Shown here: in pieces, positions 53,201 through 64,000 of the stretch
How positions within the stretch are numbered: the stretch's first letter is position 1
Layout of the letters: the number at the start of each line of letters is the position of its first letter
Assembly (NCBI RefSeq): GCF_006345805.1
Contig: NC_043001.1
Span: forward strand, 115,816,001-115,880,000
Reading direction: 5' to 3'
Origin: Octopus sinensis
Lineage: Eukaryota
Length of the DNA stretch: 64,000 bases
Notes under the pieces: generated by a model
What the model was told of the DNA's origin: nothing
Database searches by the model: none
The model's input: only the letters and a program-made list of their open reading frames with translations
Position numbers and translations under genes: made by a program

Positions 53201-53379
53201 GTCGTTTCTTTACATACCTAAAGTCTCAAGTTCTAATCTCTTCAGCACTTCGAAGTGTTTCTATATATAGTGAACACCTGTATTTAAAGTAGAACATAAT
53301 ATATATATATGAATATGTATGTATATATATAAATACATATACATACGCACGTCTCTATATATATACATGTATTTATTTA

Positions 53380-53725
53380 TATTAAGGGCATTACTATATA
53401 GAAATGCTCCGCGATAAGAGGGACTCTTGAAGTCAATACTACTATAATAACCACATTGAATCAAACGCAAGGATATATGTGTTCGTGTGGTACGTTGATT
53501 TCTGTTTATTTTTATATGTCTTGACTAAGGTTGTGCTGATGAGTGAAAAGTGCATTTTGTGCACTAATTACGAAATCATATGATGTTCAGCTGAGTCTGT
53601 TTCTGGAGGCTCGCTTTGAGAGTTGCATTCCCTCGCGTTCGGTACAATGTTGGCATTATAGTAGTTTTGACTTCAAGAGATCCTCCTAGCGTGAGGCATT
53701 TGTGTATAGTAATGCCCTTAATATA
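53380..53725. repeat. Diverged inverted repeat (~100-bp arms) upstream of the PLE ORF
   Basis: gggcattactata...cttgaagtcaatactactataat versus attatagtagttttgacttcaag...tatagtaatgcct. Confidence 0.6.
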
Positions 53726-53888
53726 AGGAAATATGTTTAAAGTGAATAATTAATAAATTTTCCCTTATGAGGCTTTTCACGCTAACTACTTGATAAATCC
53801 TCGTAAAGATTTCATACTATATTTCAATTATTATATTTATTGGTACCCCAAACTCACTTTGTTATATATACACACATGTATATATATT

Positions 53889-53945
<57 letters not shown>

Positions 53946-54522
53946 TTATATATACATTTATGTATATATCTATGAATATGTGAGCGTGTGTATGTATATA
54001 TGTATGTGTTTCAGTTCATCCACCATGACCGCTTGGAAACAGGTTCTGGTTTTTTTCACGTCCCAGTATTTGGCCGATCGGAATCTTGTTAAATTCCTTA
54101 CCACCGCTTGAAACTTTTCACATTTTTTACCCACATCATTTTCAAAGCATTACGTTTGATGCAGAATGCCTGCCGCTGACGATAATTGCATTCATTTTTT
54201 TCTTTTTTCTGGTAATTAATAATAAAGAAATCAAAAGTATAATGTTGCGTAACTGTAGGCAAATCAGCGTAAAGAAACGCGAGAATACGCAGCAGGCTTA
54301 ACAACAAATACTGGGGTCGATTTGTGCGACTAAAACACTTTAAGGCAGGTGCCCCAGCATAGGCGCAGCCCAATGGATGACAAACGTAAGGGATTGTTTA
54401 CAGCTCTGGTTAAACTCAACGCCATAAATTAGAATTGACGGATTTCATCGAAGACAGCGAGCTGGAATTGAGGCTGTATGGTTACTGTTCCTGAAATTTT
54501 AAAGGATGCAGCAATAAAAAAT

Positions 54523-54550
54523 GATCTATCTATCGATCAATCAATCGATC

Positions 54551-54634
<84 letters not shown>

Positions 54635-54745
54635 CTATCTATCCATCTATCTATCTATGTCTATCTATCTCTGTCTATCCATCTATCTATCCATCCATCC
54701 ATCCATCCATCCATCCATCTATCTATCTATCTATCTATCTATCTA

Positions 54746-54776
<31 letters not shown>
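54523..54776. repeat. (TATC)n / (TCCA)n microsatellite
   Basis: Seen directly. Confidence 0.95.
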
Positions 54777-57700
54777 GGGTGCGCTTTTCGACTCGTATCA
54801 GTCTACGCACCGCCCTTAACAGGTCGGGCGGATTTCTTTCAACGTTTAGAAGTATTCTTGGGAACGCCTCGTCCTTTACTCTTAGTGGGGATTGGGAATG
54901 CTACCTTGGACACGCATGTAGACTACGTGGGTATAGATAGGAATAGACGGGGATGCATGCCTCAGAGACCTGCTCAGACGCTTTCAACTATCTGACAGGT
55001 TCCGACTAGACCACCCGAATGCGCCAACGTGGACATGGAGCAACCACATCGGGTCGTCGAGATCGTATCTAGATAGGATACTGTGTAGGACAGTAGACAA
55101 AGATAGCATAGATGTCCACAATTCCACATAGTCAGCTACACGGATCACAAACTTGTGACATGTACGCTAGACTTAGGTAAGACACTTAGGCAGGTCTCGG
55201 ATACTGGAAACTAAACGCGTCTTTCCCATCGAGACAGGTTTTCAGAGACCGGATTAGCACACTAGTAAAGAGGGCTTTGACGGGAGCCATCATCAACAAC
55301 AAATGGTGGTTTGCCCTCAAGAGAGCATAAAGCAAAAGCGATTAGGTACAGCAAAGCACTAGCCATAGATAGAAATAGGGTTGAGGGTGAGCTAGTTAAG
55401 AAGCTAGAAGGGGCAATTAGAAGCGGCATCGCATCCGACGTTTTGGCGGCGAGGTTGCCCTCGACCAACACTTCAACGCCAAACACGAAGGATGTGCTGT
55501 CAGAGCTAGGATGCGTGCCCTAAGGAACGAATGTGGTTGAAGCCGCGAGAGAGGCCCGGGTTGCAGAGGCGCAACAGGGCAACAAAGCCACCATTCGTCC
55601 CTGATAGATGAACAGGGGCGCGAATTGCTCGAGCCAAGTAAAATGTGTGAGGCCTTTCACAGCATTTTGCCCGACTGTTCGGGACGAGTGGAGGGCAAGA
55701 ACGTAGGGTGGACTTCAGTGCCTACCTACATAGCCTACCACGACTCTCGACAAGAAAGGCAGGGTGCTGCGAAGGTGCCATCACGGCGGCGGAAGTGCAG
55801 GACGCGATGGCAGAATGCTCGAGGGACAAATCACCGGTTTTGGATGTCTACCCTACGAGCTTTACAATTGTATGCCAGACTTGTTTGGAGATCTCTTGGC
55901 GGCGGTGTACTGCAACTGGCAGCAAAACGGGAGCATTCCTGGTTTTGTGAGCCGAAGAGCCGTAACACTGCTGCAGAAAGATCTAAACAAAGAAATGTAA
56001 TAGATAACTTTAGGCCCATCACTCTGCTTAATGCAGACTTGAAAATTTTGGCCAAGGTGCTAGCCAAGAGGTTGGCGCTTGTCATCAAGAAACTGTTCGA
56101 CAGGCGCAAACATGCGCCGTGCCGGGCGGACCATCCATGACAACCTCCACCTGATGCGCTACATCATAGACAGGGTAGTTAACGAACCTGGCATGGGTGG
56201 GGCGCTGATCAATTTGGATCAATCGAAAGCTTTCGATAGGGTACACCATCGATACTTGGAGGCGGTCCTCAGAGCGGCAGGCTTCGGTCCCGTCTTCCGC
56301 GGCTGGATAGCCGCTTTGTACAGAGGCATCCGTTCGGTAATTCGCGTGAATGGACATCTATCGAGACCCTTCGACATCGCACGTTCGGTCCGTCAGGGAT
56401 GCCCCCTCTCGTCGCTTCTATACGTATTGACTCTCGAGCCATTATTGCGGAAGCTGGCAACTTTGAGTGGCATCCCGCGAGAACTGGGATGCGGGACGAG
56501 CGTGTCTGCAGACGCGGACGATGTCACCGTCATAGTGTCTAGCCACGAGCACATCGAGCAGGTCGGCGAGACACTGAAAAACTACGAAGCGGTGACAGGA
56601 GCGAAAATCAACCGGGAAAAGTCAGTGGGCTTAAGACTAGGCACCTGAAGAAGCAAGCCCATGCCATCCACCAGCGCCTCCGTCGTGGGACTCTGGACCG
56701 ACGGCCCGGTTGAGTTGCTCAGGGTCTGGTTTGGTCCGGACCTCCAAGTGGAGAAGAACTGGACCGAGATAACGAGTAGGGTGGTCACTCTCGCCCGGCA
56801 ATGGGCCGAGAGGAAACTGTCCCTAAAAGGTCGGGCGGAGGTGGCGAACACGTACATCGCGTCCGTCATCTACTACCGCCTGACCGTCGTACCTTGTCCC
56901 GACCCTACCAACACCAAACTACAACGCATTCTCTTTCGCTTCTTGTGGAAAGGATGCGTCCCGATGGTCAGGCGATCCATTTGCTGTCAACACCCGTTAA
57001 AAGGAGGACTGGGCATGCCGTGGTTGATGATGCGCAGACACGCGCTGAGACTGCGACACCTCAGGTTCTTCGTAGACGACGGTGAACAGGTGTGGTCGCC
57101 GTTTGTGAGGCACGCTTTCCCGCAGCTCGTCTTCATGACCGAACTGCAGTCGTGGATCAAAAAGAGGCCGAGGAAGGGCGAATGGCACCGCGAGTGTCGC
57201 GTTACTCTCAAGCAACTCTGCCGTCCTGGGTCGACCTTGAGTGACTTCAACACAACCAAAGCATTCTATAGGGGATTAGTGGAGGGGAGGTACGACGACG
57301 AGCTCGGGGCGAACCTGGACGCGACGAGGAGTACCTGATCCGACTGTTCGGGATGACTTTCGGGCCAGGGCCCATGGACAACTTCCAGAGATCACTGGCC
57401 TGGCGGTGCTACCGAGAAGCGCTACCCGTTCGGGATAAGCTCTACAGACACGGCTCGAGAAACACGGGGCCGACCTGCCCGAGATGCGGTCAGAGCGACG
57501 AAACAGTTCTGTACGCACTCGTGCAGTGTCCAACAATTTCCGACCTGTGGGCTTCAAACGGGAAGGAAGAGCTATTTTCATCATCCTTGTGGCTATGGCG
57601 AAAGAATGTATCTGGTGGACGCGTCTGAAAGGATTGGAGACAAACACTTTCCTCTCTGGTCAATCTCTCATCAACTTCTTCAAGTACCACTTGAAAAGGA

Positions 57701-58265
57701 AAGTGAGAGTAGAGAGGCAAGTTTTGTCTAGCGAATGTTTTAAAAAAAGATGGGTGAATGTAGCAAGGATGGCACGTATGAATGACGAAGCCACCTTGAG
57801 CATAGTCCTATGAACCCAGAAATTGAAAACAGAGGGTTACCCACTTGCAAACAAATGTGGTAACATATAACAATATTGACCAAGGTTACCGTGGTCTTTT
57901 TCGTAGGCTTTTCTTCCCACGGATAAACCTTACTTGCTTTCCCCTTTACACCATATATCATAACACTGTGATACACGATCCCTATTAATCGTTCTTTTCT
58001 TCCTCTTCCCCTTTTTTCTTCTTTCTTCATTTCTCTTTCCTTTTGCTCCTTTACCTTTTCTTTTTTTCTTTTTATTCTTTTTATTTTATTCAATTTTTTT
58101 GTTTTTTCTTTTTTTCTTCCCTCTTACGATCCCTCTTGATCAAAAACCTACGCCACCCCTTTTCATTTTTTCTTTTGTTTTTTGTTCTCTTCATCCCCCA
58201 AAAGAAAAGTTCTACCTTGTAACTTGTCTCATCTGTGTGCAGCCCTGTGTGGCCAATAAAGAAAC
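54777..58265 (+). mobile_element. 5'-truncated, young Tx1/L1-clade LINE (ORF2 from mid-endonuclease to the 3' end)
   Basis: SVYAP..FFQRLE, YLDR, NFRPITLLNADLKILAK, LDQSKAFDRV, VRQGCPLS, DADD, CPRCGQSDET; stop at 57813; pyrimidine-rich 3'UTR ending AATAAAGAAAC. Confidence 0.93.
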
Positions 58266-58347
<82 letters not shown>

Positions 58348-58372
58348 GTCTGTCTGTCTATCTATATATCTC

Positions 58373-58438
<66 letters not shown>

Positions 58439-58505
58439 ATGTGTCTGTCTAGCTATCTTTCTATCAATCATTGTCTCTATCTTTATCTATCTATCTCTCT
58501 ATCTA
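58266..58505. repeat. (TATC)n microsatellite at the LINE 3' junction
   Basis: Seen directly. Confidence 0.95.
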
Positions 58506-58524
58506 TCAGTGTCTCTGTATCTAT

Positions 58525-58565
<41 letters not shown>

Positions 58566-60255
58566 CACACATATATACAATCATTTACATATACTTATAT
58601 TCACACACACAAACACACACGCAGGCACACACATTCACACACACAATTACATAATATAAATTGAGAGGAAAATCAAATCATGCGACGCAACTTACAAGCA
58701 TTGTACTACAATCCAGGTTCTGGTCACCCATATCGAATGGTCCGTCAAAACATGAAACTCTTTACGGTAAACAATCATTGTCTAACACTTATTTCGAAAA
58801 TTCCGAGTTCACTATTTCGGGTTTTTTCCTGTGTAAAAGACATTAAAATAAGAATTAAAAGTTACACATGAAGTAACTTATTTTGTAGCATATTATAAAC
58901 ACTATACAATTTAGTCATTTTAAATCTTTGAACGACACGCCTTTCTAAGGCATGTATATCCTAAGCATTAGCATCAGGTTACATGCTGCTGGTTGCAAAT
59001 TCAAGCAACAGTGTGTAGTAATAATAACTTTAGAATTAGATACTGTTACAGGTGGAATGTAGAATACGGTTGCATGCCATTGCTTCAATTTTGAATAAAC
59101 AGGATGCAACTTTACACCAGGCATCAGAGTGTGCGATAATACACATATACACACCCGCAAACACACACATACTCACACATACACACACACACATTCATAT
59201 ATATATATATGCATAATTGTGTGCGTTGTGTTCCGCTACTTCAATGAAAAAATGAAAAAATATATATATATATATGCGCACATATATATATATAAACATT
59301 CACTTACTCTTACGAACAGATGTGAAACCAATTCGTTGGTAAGTTACGATTATATTTATATTATATCGGCCATCTATTGGCCATCGTCCAGCCTCCTCAA
59401 CGGCATTTAGGATGGGATAAAAAGGGTCCCCACCGTTAAGACCTCATAAGTCTGTGTCCCGAAATTACATAAAATGTTTTTTCATGCTTTTATTTTTACT
59501 TCAGTAATTTTCAGTTAACCCATTAGCATTGTAACTGGCCACGTCGGGTCCAAATATTCTTCCTGTTTTCTGTTGAAACTGAACACATCAGCCCTTTCAC
59601 AACCACCATGCAAAATTATTCTAAAAGTAAGCAAGCACATAATCAAAATCTCAAAGCTAGAAGATAACCTATAATTAATTGTAAACGATGTGAATAAATA
59701 AGTATTCATCTGATGTTGAAGGAGTATCCCCTTCTTCTAGCGGTACACTAATGAAAAGCAGCATTCCATCTCAAATTACAACAAGTGGGGTCTTTTTTAA
59801 GGACACATTTCAGGTACGAGGGAGTGGTGAAGAATGTTAGGAGTACAAAAAATCGGGTCGTTACATTTCTTAGTAGTTGAGTTTTGTTAAGTATTGTTTG
59901 AGGCCGAGGAGGGTCAAATGACGGTAGAGGCGGTTGAATTGCAAAAATTTGATGAAATTTGTGATGTCTGTTGGTGAGATTTAGGAGGTTGAGAGGAGGA
60001 AGAAAAAGCATTTGATCATAATACTTGGAATAAATTTGGGATGCGTGTTATATATATATATATATACTTCTGTAGGTATCTATATATATATGTTGACTAT
60101 TTTCTGTTTTTAATACTGTGTACTAATGTAGGAGTTTATATGTTTATATATGTGCGTGTATGTGTGTGTGTTTGCATGTATGTATGTAAGAGCTTGTATG
60201 TATATATTATGTATTTATAAATGCAAGTTTGTATATTTAAGATTAATTGCATATG

Positions 60256-60291
<36 letters not shown>

Positions 60292-60409
60292 ATATACATA
60301 TATGCATTCATAGACAAACATACACACACACACACATATTAGCTATTTGGAATGTGTTCCCTTGTCGATTGTTAGGTTGACTCTTGTTTTACATTACAGC
60401 TTTGATGGG

Positions 60410-60598
60410 CCTCGTAACGGCAGAAGAAATGCCGCTAAGCATTTCACCCGAGGGACTGAAGATTCTGTCAGCTCTCACCGCCTGGTCTACTGTATCTTCT
60501 CCGGCCCTAATGGCATATAATAATAATAATAATAATGATAATAATAATAATAATAACAATAATAATAATGATAATAATAATAGTAATAATAATAATAA

Positions 60599-60645
<47 letters not shown>

Positions 60646-61097
60646 AGAAGAAGAAGAAAAACAACAATAAAAATAATATTAATAATAATAATAATAATAA
60701 TAATAGTAATAATAATAGTAATAATAATAATAATTATAATAATAATATATTATTATTATTATTATTATTATTGGAAATTTTTTCCGGCTAAACATTTCAC
60801 TCACTTCTTCACAGTAAATTTACGTCATTTAATGCAATCGTTAATGTGATATTCCCTTCAGTTTCATATTAAATAAAAGTTTAGGCAGGGTTATGTATCT
60901 AATTGCATCACACTCACAGACACACACGCACACACTCACAATCGTACACATCAACCTACCTCATCCTCTTTCCCCTCTCTCTCTCTCTCGTCTATCACTC
61001 CCTCTCCCCCACTCTCTTCCACTTCCACCGGCAATTATCATAATCTGCTGACTGAAACTTTTCAAATCGAAATTATATAATTAGAAATACAGATGCC

Positions 61098-61135
<38 letters not shown>

Positions 61136-62059
61136 CCTAGGATGTGGAATGTTCGTATCAGCTTACGCGGACTACGTCATCATAATACTGTCCATGAAGC
61201 GGTGATAGAGCAAAGCTTATCCAAGAGAAGTCGGTTCTATCTATCGGCCGAGTCCGTAGTGAAGATCTATCAGCCGCTTTCCATCAGTCTGGAAGGTCAG
61301 GCAATTTATTTCTGTCAAATAGCAGTAGCGAAGGAGGCTGTATTGTGGACCAGGTTAAAAGGACTAAAGGCAGAGACTTTTCTCTATGGCCAATCACTCG
61401 TCAACTTTTTCAAATTTTCTTTGGAACGGTAGATGAGGGTGCAGAGTGAAGTGCTGCCTCCCAGTACATTTGTCAAAAGGTGGATGAACAGCGAAAATGG
61501 TACGTGTGAGTGGACCTACTCTAATAACGCACCTGTGGGCTAGTGAATTTGAGAGGGAGGAGAGTGCACTTCCCAGATACCCTCGAAGCGTCGAGTGGTT
61601 CAGGATTGGGGTGTGGGTACCTGAGCCAAATCCAGGGGATTACCTGCACCTATTACGAACTTTCATTGTTATATTCTTTTGTCGGATATCATTGTTATTC
61701 TTTTAACTGTGTACTCGTTGTCACTGCGTTAAATCCCCACTGTCCATGTCTACTGTATCCTGTTTCTTTACTACCCACAAAGGGCTAAACACAAAGAGGA
61801 CAAACAAGGAAAGACAAACGGATTAAGTCGATTATATCGACCACAGTGCGTAACTGGTACTTCTTTAATCGACCCCGAAAGGATGAAAGGCAAAGTCAAC
61901 CTCGGGGGACTTTGAACTTAGAACGTCACGGCAGAAGAAATACCGCAAAGCATTTCGCCCAACGTACTGAAGATTCTGCCAGCTTTCACCGCCTTGTCTA
62001 CTGTATCTTCTCTTATATACCGGCCCTATTGGCAAGTAATAATAATAACAACACCTATA

Positions 62060-62128
<69 letters not shown>

Positions 62129-62130
62129 TA

Positions 62131-62190
<60 letters not shown>

Positions 62191-62694
62191 CATTATTATT
62201 GTTATTGGAAATTTTTTCCGGCTAAACATTTCACTCACTTCTTCACAGTAAATTTACGTCATTTAATGCAATCGTTAACGTGATATTCCCTTCAGTTTCA
62301 TATTAAAGAAAAGCTTAGGCAGGGTTATGTATCTAATTGCATCACACTCACAGACACACACACACACACTCACAATCGTACACATCAACCTAAATCATCC
62401 TCTTTCCCCTCTCTCTCTCTCTTCTATCACTCTCTTTCCCCCTCTCTTATTTTAACTCTTCTACTTCCACCGTCAATCATCATAAACTGCTGACTGAAAC
62501 TTTTCGAATCGAATTATATAATTAGAAATACAGATGCCATATATATATATACATAAGTATATATAATATATATATATATATATATAATATATTATATATA
62601 TATAATATATATTATATATATATATATATCATATATATATATATATATATATATATTACATCTATATATATATATATATATAATATTATATATC

Positions 62695-62731
<37 letters not shown>

Positions 62732-64000
62732 ATATATATGTCTTAGGATGTGGAATATTCGAATCAACTAACATGGACTACGGCATCATAATACTGTCCA
62801 CGAAGCGGTGATAGGAGCAAAGCTTATCCAAGAGAAGTCGGTGGGCCTGCAAATCGGCAGATGGAGAGGCAGACCCATACCAACCGACAGTTTGTAGGGC
62901 GCTAAACGGAAAGACAGGTTAAACTCTTTGGGGTCTGGTTTGCTCTTGACCTCGGGGTGGACATCAATGGGTGGGAGGTGACGAACAGGATAGTCGATCT
63001 CACCCAGAAGTTGGCAGAGAGGAAGCTGTTCGTGAAGGGTCGAGTCGAGGTGGTGAATGCGTACATCGCTTCCGTTATCTATGACTGCCTGAATGTAGTC
63101 CCATGCCCGATAATGTTAGAGCGTTTCTTATTCCGCTTTCTAAAGAAGGAACGTGTTCCGCTCATCAGACGGTCCATCTGCTGTCAACAACCTCTCAGTG
63201 GAGTACTGGACATGCCGTTGCTAATGATTCGCAGACATGCGCTGAGACTGCGACATCTCCTGCGAGTCTTTAACGGTGAGCATGGGGGATTGACTATTTG
63301 TTAAACGGGTCTTACCTTAGCTCGTCTCATTGATATATCTACAGTACTGAGTCAAGCGTTGGCCAAGAAAAGGCGCTTGGCAGCGGGAGTGTCGGCAAGC
63401 TCTCACAGCTTTCTGCCAGTCGGACAACGCGGGCGTTGAAAGTTCAACCATGGATTTCTATAGGGGATTAGTAGAGGGGAAAGAACAACGACAAAATCGG
63501 GGTAAATTCTTGGCGTTGGTGGGGGAAATCAACTAACTGGTCTTCAACTTCCAGAAATCCCTGGCCTGGCAGTGCTACCGGAGAGCTCTGCCGATTCAAA
63601 ACGAGCTCTACAGATACGAAAGTGTTGTCGGAAGGATATGTTTGGGTTGTGCGAGGGCGATGTAATAGTCCTGCATGCACTCGTCTGCCCAGTTTATGAG
63701 CCGAGTTCATTGTAAATATCGCCCGGACCTTCTTTAGGCCGGGAAGGAAAAGCAGTTTTCTTTTGCCCGGTGGCTACAGAAGTAGTGTGGTGGACGAGAC
63801 TGAAAACATTGAAGACTAAACCTCCTCACAGTAAAATTATGTCATTTATTATTATCATTTAATATTATCATTAATATTCACTTCAGTTTTATATTAAAGA
63901 AACACATAGGCATGGTTATGTATCTCAGTGCATCACACACACACACTCTCTCACACACAGATACACACACACAAACAAACGCACACACACACACACACAC
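60410..64000 (+). repeat. Segmental duplication block: SINE B remnant, two module M units, Tx1 fragments
   Basis: Collinear with 38985-42110 and 44705-46960. Confidence 0.85.

Noticed and set aside
54429-54490. Possible minus-strand terminal exon ([20 protein letters not shown])
   Set aside because: Only a moderate acceptor and a short frame, with no independent support; it would also lie upstream of the better internal exon.

Overview
Eukaryotic, AT-rich window that is almost entirely repeats. It is most likely cephalopod (octopus) intronic or intergenic DNA; this is inferred from the SINE families and microsatellite load, not from a database hit. There is no complete host gene, only one convincing 95-bp candidate exon (minus strand, 30250-30344). 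The rest is a nested set of retroelements: Tx1/L1-clade LINEs (one 5'-truncated copy embedded in (TATC)n), RTE/BovB-like LINEs, at least three CR1/L2-group families, R4/Dong-like fragments in (TAA)n, Penelope-like elements (PLEs), several SINE families, a mariner remnant and an LTR-like segment. From about 38.8 kb onward the window is a mosaic of local segmental duplications. The most interesting signals are (1) ~490-570 bp tandem-plus-inverted units and PLE termini carrying type I hammerhead-ribozyme-like motifs, some with a recurrent non-canonical CCGAAGA core; (2) two LINE-SINE pairs with shared 3' tails, one involving a Tx1/L1 LINE; (3) apparent partitioning of microsatellite targets among retroelement clades; and (4) satellites arising from LINE 3' ends. 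All calls come from manual reading and translation; no alignments, folding or searches were run, and boundaries are approximate.
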